From contig RFGL01000338.1 in NCBI GenBank assembly GCA_003697015.1, positions 1 to 58,365 of the forward strand: a DNA stretch of 58,365 bases. The letters run 5' to 3'. The notes under the pieces are model-generated. The model searched no databases. It had not been told where the DNA came from and saw only the letters and a program-made list of their open reading frames with translations. This document shows positions 42,227-50,375 of this stretch, in pieces. The DNA comes from Acidobacteriota bacterium. Its GTDB lineage: Bacteria; Acidobacteriota; Thermoanaerobaculia; Multivoradales; J023. The first letter of the stretch is position 1; the number at the start of each line of letters is the position of its first letter. A program made the position numbers and the translations under genes.

Positions 42227-43806
42227 GGCCTGAGACGGCGCCCGCCGGCGGGATCGAGCTGCCTGCCGGCGGCCATCGTGGCGGTCCGCGCCGACCCGTG
42301 ACAGCGCAGGATCGCCAAGCCGTCGCCGGCGGGATACGCCTCGCAGCCGCCACCGAACGGCAGCTCCCTCTCCAGCTCGGCAAGGTGATCGCGGTGGACG
42401 ACGAAGGCCACCGGTCGGCCGGCGGCAGGCCGCAGGTCGCGGAGCTCCTCGCCGAGGGTCCGCGGCGGCGAGTAGAACGGGTAGGGACGGCTCCAGCGGC
42501 GCACCCAATGCAGCTGGCGGTAGCCGTAGAAGGCCAAGCCGTTGCACTTGACGTCCACCGCGACGACGACCGACGCCGGTCCGACGTCGAGATCGCTGAG
42601 GGCAGCCGCCAGGCGCCGCGCGTCGTCGTCCGTCGGCCAGGTGCTGGCAGCGACTTTAAGCGCCAGCAGAGAGACGACCCAGCCTGCAGCCAGGAGACGG
42701 TGACCTTGCCGGAGGCGGTCGGTGGCGCCGGCCGCGCGATTCAAGAGACGCGTGGTGGCCAGGGCCAGGGCGGGCATCACGGGCAGGGCGTACAGCGGCA
42801 AACGCGAGCGGGCGACGGCGAGCACCACCAGGGGCAGGAGAATCCAACACGCGATCAACAAGGCCGCGGGCCGGTGCCGCAGGCCGCGCCACCAGTCGTC
42901 GTTGCGCAGGCGGCGACGAGCACGCCACAACCAGCTCGGCCAGACGAGGGACCAGGGCAAGCCACCGACCAGAAGCATCGGCAAGTAGACTCTGAAGGAA
43001 CCGAGCAGATCGCCGTTGCGCCGGTAATGCGCCGACCACAGACGTCCGGCGACCTGGTTGTCGAAGACGTAGGCGGCGGCGCCGGGCAGACGCTCGACGA
43101 TCAACAGGTACCACCCGCCACCGAGCGCGATCGCCAGCAAGGCAGCGACCGCCGAGGCCGGCCGCAACCAATCTCGCCAGCCGCCGGCGACAAGCGCGTG
43201 GGCGCCGATCGGCAGCAGGAAAATCAGCATCGCCGGTCCCTTGGCGAGAAAGCCGCCACCCGCCGCCAGGCCGAGGAGGACGATCCACCTCCCGGCTCGC
43301 CGGCCCGCACCGAGGTCGGCTCGAGCCCGCCAGTAGAGGTAGAACGCAGCGCTCACCCAGAAGGTGAGGAGGGTGTCGGGAGTGAGGACGTTGGCGGCGA
43401 CGAAGGGGGCGAGCATGAGGGCATAGACCGCGACCGCCAGCGGCCCGGAGCGCCGGCCCCAGAGACGGCCGGCAAGGAGGCCGACGAGGATCGCCGTCGC
43501 CACCAGGCTCAGGGCATGGCCACTGCGCAGCGCCCACTCGTCGTGGCCGAAAAGCTCAAGCCCCGCCGCCATGCTCCAGTAATTGAGCGGCGGCTTGTCG
43601 AGAAAGGGCTCACCGTTGAGCCGCGGAATCCACCAGTCGCCACTCGCCGCCATGCCCTGGGCGACGTTGGCATAGAAGCCCTCGTCGGGTTCCCACAATC
43701 CGCGCGAGCCCTGGACCGCGAAGGCCAGTACCGTGGCCAACGAGAGAACCGCCAGCCAGCGCCGGGCCGGCTCGCCGCGACGATCTACCGCGATCGCACG
43801 TTCCAC
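42223..43806 (-). CDS. GT39/ArnT-like glycosyltransferase (dolichyl-phosphate-mannose-protein mannosyltransferase family)
   Basis: LWEPDEGFYANVAQGMAASGDWWIPRLNGEPFLDKPPLNYW is the typical family N-terminal loop, and the protein is multi-TM throughout. The start is uncertain: I favour the GTG at 43806, preceded by GGGAGG. The longest ORF reaches 43917. Confidence 0.7.
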   Translation of the reverse strand: MERAIAVDRRGEPARRWLAVLSLATVLAFAVQGSRGLWEPDEGFYANVAQGMAASGDWWIPRLNGEPFLDKPPLNYWSMAAGLELFGHDEWALRSGHALSLVATAILVGLLAGRLWGRRSGPLAVAVYALMLAPFVAANVLTPDTLLTFWVSAAFYLYWRARADLGAGRRAGRWIVLLGLAAGGGFLAKGPAMLIFLLPIGAHALVAGGWRDWLRPASAVAALLAIALGGGWYLLIVERLPGAAAYVFDNQVAGRLWSAHYRRNGDLLGSFRVYLPMLLVGGLPWSLVWPSWLWRARRRLRNDDWWRGLRHRPAALLIACWILLPLVVLAVARSRLPLYALPVMPALALATTRLLNRAAGATDRLRQGHRLLAAGWVVSLLALKVAASTWPTDDDARRLAAALSDLDVGPASVVVAVDVKCNGLAFYGYRQLHWVRRWSRPYPFYSPPRTLGEELRDLRPAAGRPVAFVVHRDHLAELERELPFGGGCEAYPAGDGLAILRCHGSARTATMAAGRQLDPAGGRRLRP

Positions 43807-44050
43807 CCGCACCTCCCTTGCCGCGCGGGCGCACCATGCGCCCGGCAGTAGGAGGCCGGCAGAGGGAGAATCCTTCGGTTTTTCTGCTTGCCGGCGCGCA
43901 GCGCCCGCCGGCCTCACCGGCCCGCGGCGATCGAGGCGGAGCTCCGGCAGCGATCAAGCCCCGCACGGACGCACCGAAACGGCCGAGGACGGCAGACCCT
44001 GGGACGGGCCCGGCAAGGCGGTGCCTCACATACGGCACGGCCGTCGCCGG

Positions 44051-46615
44051 TCAGAAGGTCCAGCTGATCCCGAAGCTCGGCAGGAGGCCGGGCCAGTGTT
44101 TCGCCTCCCGGACGACCCGGACCTGGCCGTCGGGCTGCGGTTCGAAGCTGAAGGCGAAGCCGCGGACGTTGCGGGCGCCGGTCAGATTGCGCAGATCGAA
44201 GGACAGGCGCAGGGTGCCGGAGCGCCAGGCGAAGCGCCGGCTGAGTCGCAGGTCGAGCCGCCGGTAGGGGGGCAGACGCTCGCCGTAGAGCGGGCCGAGG
44301 ACGGGCACGATCTGCGTGCCGCCGGCGCCCTGCTCCAAGCGGGCGGTGAGGGCGGTGGTCGGCCAGCCGGCGTGGTAGGTGCCCGCGAGGTTGACGTTCC
44401 ACTGCCGCGGAGCCCGGAAGTTGAGGTCGAAGCGCAGGGCGTCCGGTTGCTCGTCGCCGCGCGGCACCTCGCCGCTGGCGAGACGATCTCGGCTGGTGGC
44501 GCGGGTGTAGCTCACAAAGTAGTCGAGGCGCCGGCCGGCGGCGCCGCGGAGGAAGACCTCGACCCCCCGAGCGACGCTGCTCTGAGGCGCGATCCGTACC
44601 CGGTCGGCCGCCAGCTCGGGGACCAGGTTCAAGGGTTCGAAGAGGTTCTCGAAGCGCAGCCGCGGATCGTGGATGCGCCGCTGGTAGAGCTCGAGGCGCA
44701 GGCTCAAGGGAGGGCGGCCGGCCACCCCGGCGCCGAAGGCGTGCTCGAAGCCGAGAATCACCTGTTCGGCGCGCTCGGACGGCGAGAAGCGGGTCTCGCC
44801 GTCCTCGACCTGAAGCTCGTAGAGCCGCTGGCTCTGGGTGAAATGACCCCAGGCGAAACGCAGCTGGCTGCCGGCGCCCAGGGCGTAGGCGAGATTGAAA
44901 CGCGGGCTTGTGAGGGGTTCGTCGTCGATCACCGTATTGCCGTCGAGGCGCAGGCCCAGGTCGAGGCTCAAGGCCGGCGACGGCTTCAGGTGATCGGCGG
45001 CATAGAGGGCGTATTGCGATCCCCGGAAGCGTCGCCGGAATTGACCGTCGTCCGGCGGCTGATGGCGGATCCGGGCGAGCGGATCGCTCAGTGCCAGCTC
45101 GGCAGCGTAGTCGTAGCGGGCGTCGAGGAAGCGCCCCGAAAAGCCCCACTCGATCTCGTGGCGCGGCCCCGGGTGCCAGCCCCACTCCTGCTCGACGCCG
45201 GCCATGTCGAGAGCCCGCTCGTCGCGCACGCTGAGCTCACGCTTCCCGCCGGCCTCGCCACCCCGGCGATCGCGCTCGGTACGGGTGAACGATCCCCGCG
45301 TCTCGACGAAGAGCTCGGAGCGCAGCACGCTCAGGTGGGTGAGCCAGACGTAGGTGCTGAGGTAGCTGGTGTTGAACCGCTCTCGCGTTCCGTCCTCCTC
45401 GCGCTCGGTGAAATTGAGCCGATCGTCGGAGTGCAGCAGATTGCCGCGCAGGTCGTGGCGCCGCCCCATCTGGCGCTCGAATTTGCCGAAGGCATCCCAG
45501 AAGCGGGGATTCTCCGCCTCGTCGGCGAGCTTGAGTGCCAGCTCCAGGGAGCCGGCGCGCAGGGAAGTCAGCCACCGGCCGCGGTCGCCGGCGAGGTTCC
45601 CCGAGCTGCTGCCGTGGAGGCTCACGGGGGTCATGGAGACCTCCGTCCGCCGTCGCCAGTCCGGCTCCACGGTCGTCAGCTCGAGGACGCCGCTCATGCG
45701 ATCGCCGCGGGCGACGGAATAATCGCCGCTATGCAGCTCCAGGCTGCCGATCACCGCCGGTGAGAGGATGCTGAGGGCACCGTCGAAGTCCTGCAAGTGG
45801 TAGGGCTCGACGATCTCCAGCCCGTCGAGCCGAACCATCACCTCGTCCGCCCGCCCGCCGCGCAGCCGCGGCCGGGCGGAGAGCTCCCTCCTCGCCGTTC
45901 CCGGCAGCAGACTCACCCCGCGGATGACGTCCTCGGCGAGATGGGGGAGGACGCTGACCTGCCGGCCCTCGAGGGTGAGGGTGGAGAGACCCTCGCCGAG
46001 GATCCGCGAGCGCTCCGAGACCACGTCGATGCGCTCCTCCGCCACCGGCAACCCCATCAGGGCCAGCTCGATCTCGGCGGTCTCACCGGCGGCGAGCGTC
46101 AGCGTCCGCGTCTCACCGCCGAAACCCGCGAGGCGCGCTTCCAGGGTATGGCGTCCGGCGGCAAGGGGGCCGGCGAAAAAGCTGCCGTCGGCCTTGGTCC
46201 TCACCTCCCGGCCGCTCTCCCGAAACCGGATCTCAACCCCGGCGAGGGGCCGTCCGCTGAGCAGTTCGTGGACCGAGCCGTAGACGGCGGCGGCTCGGGG
46301 CTCGCCGGCGGCGCGGACGATCAAGAGATGATTCCCCGGGCCGGGGCGAACGGTCAGCCGGTGCGGCGCCAGGAGCTGGTCGAGAATGCGTCGCGGATCG
46401 CCGGCCGTCGGTTCGCGCTCGACCCGCATCTCCGGCCGCACCAGCTTGCTGCTGAATACCAGCGGCAGACCCTGGTCGGTCAGGGCCCGCAGCGCTCGCT
46501 CCAGGGTAAGGCCGGCATAGGGTGGCGGCGCGGCGGCGGGAGCCCCCGGCACCGCCACCAGCAGGGTGAGTACCCAGATCGCGCCGGCGTGGAATCGGGG
46601 TCGAATCACCGACAA
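44051..46615 (-). CDS. TonB-dependent receptor with an N-terminal STN signalling domain and a carboxypeptidase-regulatory-like domain
   Basis: The STN domain is YAGLTLERALRALTDQGLPLVFSSKLV...LLIV. A CarbopepD_reg-like domain, the plug (LEIVEPYH...) and the barrel follow, ending in the terminal SWTF. I chose the TTG at 46615, preceded by AGGAGG with a 6-nt spacer. An in-frame ATG at 46672 is the alternative. Confidence 0.8.
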   Translation of the reverse strand: MSVIRPRFHAGAIWVLTLLVAVPGAPAAAPPPYAGLTLERALRALTDQGLPLVFSSKLVRPEMRVEREPTAGDPRRILDQLLAPHRLTVRPGPGNHLLIVRAAGEPRAAAVYGSVHELLSGRPLAGVEIRFRESGREVRTKADGSFFAGPLAAGRHTLEARLAGFGGETRTLTLAAGETAEIELALMGLPVAEERIDVVSERSRILGEGLSTLTLEGRQVSVLPHLAEDVIRGVSLLPGTARRELSARPRLRGGRADEVMVRLDGLEIVEPYHLQDFDGALSILSPAVIGSLELHSGDYSVARGDRMSGVLELTTVEPDWRRRTEVSMTPVSLHGSSSGNLAGDRGRWLTSLRAGSLELALKLADEAENPRFWDAFGKFERQMGRRHDLRGNLLHSDDRLNFTEREEDGTRERFNTSYLSTYVWLTHLSVLRSELFVETRGSFTRTERDRRGGEAGGKRELSVRDERALDMAGVEQEWGWHPGPRHEIEWGFSGRFLDARYDYAAELALSDPLARIRHQPPDDGQFRRRFRGSQYALYAADHLKPSPALSLDLGLRLDGNTVIDDEPLTSPRFNLAYALGAGSQLRFAWGHFTQSQRLYELQVEDGETRFSPSERAEQVILGFEHAFGAGVAGRPPLSLRLELYQRRIHDPRLRFENLFEPLNLVPELAADRVRIAPQSSVARGVEVFLRGAAGRRLDYFVSYTRATSRDRLASGEVPRGDEQPDALRFDLNFRAPRQWNVNLAGTYHAGWPTTALTARLEQGAGGTQIVPVLGPLYGERLPPYRRLDLRLSRRFAWRSGTLRLSFDLRNLTGARNVRGFAFSFEPQPDGQVRVVREAKHWPGLLPSFGISWTF

Positions 46616-46690
46616 AACGATCCTCCTCGCAGAGCGTACGACTTTACTGTATCTTGGCTGGAAAGCCCTCATCACCACCAGGAGATGCCG

Positions 46691-49600
46691 ATGCACCCCC
46701 GACGCCCAAGCCTCGCCGGTCCCGCCGCCCTCGTCCTGCTGCTCTCGTTCTGCCCGTCGGCGGCGCCGGCGGTCGACGTCCACGACACCCGCCTGCTGGC
46801 CGAGCCGGCGGTCTCCGCCGAGCACGTCGCCTTCGTCTATGCCGGCGACCTCTGGCTGGCGCGCCGCGACGGCAGCGGCGTCCACCGCCTGACCTCCCAC
46901 CCGGGCCGCGAGTCGAATCCGCGCTTCTCCCCCGACGGCCGCCAGGTCGCCTTCACCGCCCGCTACGACGGCAACGTCGACGTCTACCTGACGTCGGTCG
47001 ACGGCGGCGAGCCGCGGCGCCTGACCTACCATCCCGCTCCCGACCGCGCCGGCGGCTTCACGCCGGACGGCACGGCGGTCTTCTTCACCTCGCCGCGCGG
47101 CGTCCACACCTTCCGCCACGCCAAGCTCTTCACCGTCGCCACCGGCGGCGGCTTCCCGGTGGAGCTGCCGATCCCCCACGCCGACGACGCCGCCTGGTCG
47201 GCCGACGGCACCACCATCGCCTACACCCCCTTGGGCGAAGCCTTCCGCGAATGGAAGAACTACCGCGGCGGCACCGCGTCGCGGATCTGGCTCTACGACG
47301 TCGCCAGCCACCACGTCGAAGAGATCCCGCGGCCGCCCGAGCGCTCGAACGACCACAACCCCATGTGGCTCGGCGGGCGGGTCTACTTCCTTTCCGACCG
47401 GGCGGGGGAATTCAACCTCTTCCGCTACGACCCGGCGACCGCGGCGGTCGAGCAGCTCACCCATCACGACGACTTCCCCATCCTCGCCGCCAGCGCCGGC
47501 CCCGACGTGGTGATCTACGAGCAGGCCGGCTACCTCCACCTCTACGATCCGGCGCGGGGGAACAGCGAGCGCCTGACGATCGGCGTCGGCGCCGACCTGC
47601 GCGAGACCCGGCCGCGCTACCGCAGCGGCGCGCGCTTCGTGCGCAGCGCCGCCCCCTCGCCGTCGGGCGCCCGGGCGGTCTTCGAATTTCGCGGCGAGAT
47701 CGTCACCCTGCCGGCGGAGAAAGGCGATCCGCGCAATCTCACCAACACGCCCGGGGTGCACGAGCGCTCGCCGGTCTGGTCGCCCGACGGCTCCCGCATC
47801 GCCTACTTCTCCGACGCCTCCGGCGAGTACGCCCTGCACGTCGCGCCGCAGGACGGCCGCGGCGAGACGCGGATCTACCCCATCGCCGGCAACGGCTTCT
47901 ACGAAGATCCGAAGTTCTCCCCCGACGGCAGGAAGATCAGCTTCACCGACAACGGCTGGAGCCTCTACTGGCTCGATCTCGACGGCGGCGAGCTCACCCT
48001 GATCGACAGCGAGCCGGTCTACGGCCCGGTCAAGACCCAGCACCACAGCTGGTCGCCCGACTCGCGCTGGCTGGTCTACACCAAGATCACCGACACCTAC
48101 TTCCGCCAGATCCACCTCTACGACCTCGAAAGCCGCACCTCCCATCCGCTGACCGAGGGGCTGGCCGACGCCGGCGAGCCGGTCTTCGACGCCGGCGGCA
48201 AGTACCTCTACTTCTCCGCCTCGACCGACGCCGGGCCGGTGCGCAGCTGGTTCGCCATGTCGAACGCCGACATGGAGATGACCAGCAATCTCTACCTGGC
48301 GGTGCTGGCGGCGGACGAACCGTCGCCGCTGGCGAAGGAAAGCGACGAGGAAAAGCCGGCGAGCGACGGCGCCAAGGCCGCCGGTGGCGGGGCGCAGGCC
48401 GGCGGCGCCAAGCCGGGGGCGACGGGAGACGGCGGGGCGGAGGCGGACGGCGATGCGGAGGGCGTCGAGCCGCTGCGCATCGATCTCGAGGGGCTGGCCC
48501 AGCGCATCGTCGCCCTGCCGCTGGACGAGGCCTACTACTCCGGCCTGGCGGCGGCGGCGGGCAAGCTCTACTACGTCAAGAGCGGCGGCGCGGGGCTCTT
48601 CGGCAATCTGAGCGGCAGCTCCAGCCTGGCGACCTTCGACCTGGCCAAACGCGAGGAGACGGTGCTGATGGAGGGCGCCACCGGCTTCCGCCTCGCCGCC
48701 GGCGGCAAGAAGATCCTGGTCCAGGCCGGGCAGCGCTGGTACCTGGCCGATGCCGGCAAGCCGATCGACCGCTCGCAGAAGAGCCTGGCGGTCGACGCCA
48801 TCCAGGTGCGGATCGAGCCGCGCGCCGAATGGCGGCAGATGTTCGAGGAAGCCTGGCGCATCAACCGCGACTACTTCTACGACCCGGGCATGCACGGCGC
48901 CGACTGGCCGGCGATGCGGGCGCGCTACGAGCCCTTCCTCGACCACCTCGCCACCCGCGACGACCTGAACCGCGTCCTCCAGTGGCTGGGTTCGGAGCTG
49001 GCGGTGGGCCATCACCGGGTCGGCGGCGGCGACTTCCTCGACCCGGTGGAGCGGGTTCCCGGCGGCCTGCTGGGGGCCGATTACGAGATCGCCGGCGGCC
49101 GCTACCGCTTCGCCCGCGTCTACGGCGGATTGAACTGGAATCCGGAGCTGCGGGCGCCGCTCACCGAGCCCGGCGTGGGGGTGGTGGCCGGCGACTACCT
49201 GCTGGCGGTCGGCGGCCGCGAGCTGCGGCCGCCGGAGAACCTCTACGCCCGCTTCGAGAACACCGCCGGCAAGATCGTCGAGCTCACCGTCGGCCCCGAT
49301 CCCGGCGGCGCCGGCTCGCGCACCGTCCAGGTGGTGCCGATCGAGAGCGAGATCGCCCTGCGCAACCGCGCCTGGGTGGAAGACAACCTGCGGCGGGTCG
49401 ACGAGGCCACCGGCGGACGGGTGGCCTACGTCTACGTGCCCGACACCTCGCGCCGCGGCCACACCTACTTCAAACGCTACTTCTTCCCCCAAGCCAACAA
49501 GCAGGCGATCATCGTCGACGAGCGCCACAACGGCGGCGGTCAGGTCGCCGACTACTACATCGACGCCCTGCGCCGGCCCCAGATCGCCTACTGGGCGATG

Positions 49601-50020
49601 CGCTACGGCAAAGACCTGCGCACCCCGCTGTCCTCGATCCAGGGGCCGAAGGTGATGCTGATCGACGAGACCGCGGGCTCCGGCGGCGACCTCCTGCCGT
49701 GGATGTTCCGCAAGCTGGGCCTCGGACCGCTGATCGGCAAGACCACCTGGGGCGGCCTGGTCGGCATCCTCGGCTTCCCGGTGCTGATGGACGGCGGCCG
49801 CGTCACCGCCCCCAACCTGGCGATCTGGACCGAGGACGGCTGGGTGGTGGAGAACGCCGGCGTGCCGCCGGACATCGAGGTCGAGCAGTGGCCGGAGGAG
49901 GTCGTCGCCGGCCGCGATCCGCAGCTCGAGAAGGCGATCGAGGTGGTGCTCGAGATGCTCGAGGCGGATCCTCCGAAGACCCCCGAGCGACCGCCTTATC
50001 CGGTGCGCGTCCGGCGCTGA
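46691..50020 (+). CDS. tricorn-protease-like S41 peptidase (beta-propellers + PDZ + S41 domain)
   Basis: It has a signal peptide. The TolB-like repeats include PRFSPDGRQVAF, SPVWSPDGSRIAY and PKFSPDGRKISF. The C-terminal S41 blocks are LIDETAGSGGDLL and GKTTWGG. The start is the ATG at 46691 (AGGAG 6 nt upstream) or at 46685. Confidence 0.8.
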   Translation: MHPRRPSLAGPAALVLLLSFCPSAAPAVDVHDTRLLAEPAVSAEHVAFVYAGDLWLARRDGSGVHRLTSHPGRESNPRFSPDGRQVAFTARYDGNVDVYLTSVDGGEPRRLTYHPAPDRAGGFTPDGTAVFFTSPRGVHTFRHAKLFTVATGGGFPVELPIPHADDAAWSADGTTIAYTPLGEAFREWKNYRGGTASRIWLYDVASHHVEEIPRPPERSNDHNPMWLGGRVYFLSDRAGEFNLFRYDPATAAVEQLTHHDDFPILAASAGPDVVIYEQAGYLHLYDPARGNSERLTIGVGADLRETRPRYRSGARFVRSAAPSPSGARAVFEFRGEIVTLPAEKGDPRNLTNTPGVHERSPVWSPDGSRIAYFSDASGEYALHVAPQDGRGETRIYPIAGNGFYEDPKFSPDGRKISFTDNGWSLYWLDLDGGELTLIDSEPVYGPVKTQHHSWSPDSRWLVYTKITDTYFRQIHLYDLESRTSHPLTEGLADAGEPVFDAGGKYLYFSASTDAGPVRSWFAMSNADMEMTSNLYLAVLAADEPSPLAKESDEEKPASDGAKAAGGGAQAGGAKPGATGDGGAEADGDAEGVEPLRIDLEGLAQRIVALPLDEAYYSGLAAAAGKLYYVKSGGAGLFGNLSGSSSLATFDLAKREETVLMEGATGFRLAAGGKKILVQAGQRWYLADAGKPIDRSQKSLAVDAIQVRIEPRAEWRQMFEEAWRINRDYFYDPGMHGADWPAMRARYEPFLDHLATRDDLNRVLQWLGSELAVGHHRVGGGDFLDPVERVPGGLLGADYEIAGGRYRFARVYGGLNWNPELRAPLTEPGVGVVAGDYLLAVGGRELRPPENLYARFENTAGKIVELTVGPDPGGAGSRTVQVVPIESEIALRNRAWVEDNLRRVDEATGGRVAYVYVPDTSRRGHTYFKRYFFPQANKQAIIVDERHNGGGQVADYYIDALRRPQIAYWAMRYGKDLRTPLSSIQGPKVMLIDETAGSGGDLLPWMFRKLGLGPLIGKTTWGGLVGILGFPVLMDGGRVTAPNLAIWTEDGWVVENAGVPPDIEVEQWPEEVVAGRDPQLEKAIEVVLEMLEADPPKTPERPPYPVRVRR

Positions 50021-50061
50021 CCTCGATGCGGTAGGATAGGGCGAGACAACCGGAACCGACG

Positions 50062-50295
50062 ATGATCACCGTGCTGAGAGCCTTTCTCGCCCGCCTCAGG
50101 TTTCCCCAGCTCTTCGTGCTGGCGGCCGTCCTCTTTCTGCTCGACCTGGGGGTGCCCGACATCATCCCCATGTACGACGAGGTGATGCTGGCTCTCCTCA
50201 CCCTGCTGCTCGGCCGCTGGAAACGCCGCGGCGAGGGGGAGGAGCTGCCGGCGGCCAAGCCGCGGGCCAAGAACGTCACCCCGAGCGGCTCCTAG
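50062..50295 (+). CDS. small hypothetical membrane protein
   Basis: 77-aa ORF with two hydrophobic helices (LFVLAAVLFLLDLGV, VMLALLTLLLG) and a charged tail. It lies between the tricorn-like gene and the TonB-receptor gene. Confidence 0.45.
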   Translation: MITVLRAFLARLRFPQLFVLAAVLFLLDLGVPDIIPMYDEVMLALLTLLLGRWKRRGEGEELPAAKPRAKNVTPSGS

Positions 50296-50342
50296 CGCGG
50301 TCTTCGCCAGCGTGATCGACGGCGGCATGCGTGCCGCTGGTG

Positions 50343-50350
50343 AAAATTTT
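50343..50350. promoter_or_regulatory. AAAATTTT palindromic AT island upstream of the TonB-dependent receptor gene
   Basis: GGTGAAAATTTTTGGATC lies 25-33 nt upstream of the ATG at 50376, in otherwise very GC-rich DNA. It could be a -10/UP-like element or a repressor (Fur-type) site. Confidence 0.25.
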
Positions 50351-50375
50351 TGGATCGAGCACAAAGGAGGCAGCG

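Noticed and set aside
44051-50020. Two giant overlapping ORFs: 1825 aa on the minus strand (44051-49528) and 1407 aa on the plus strand (45797-50020).
   Set aside because: Only the C-terminal 854 aa of the minus ORF (TonB receptor, start about 46615) show real protein features. The same holds for the part of the plus ORF from 46691 onward (tricorn-like protease). The remainders are antisense read-through of each other.
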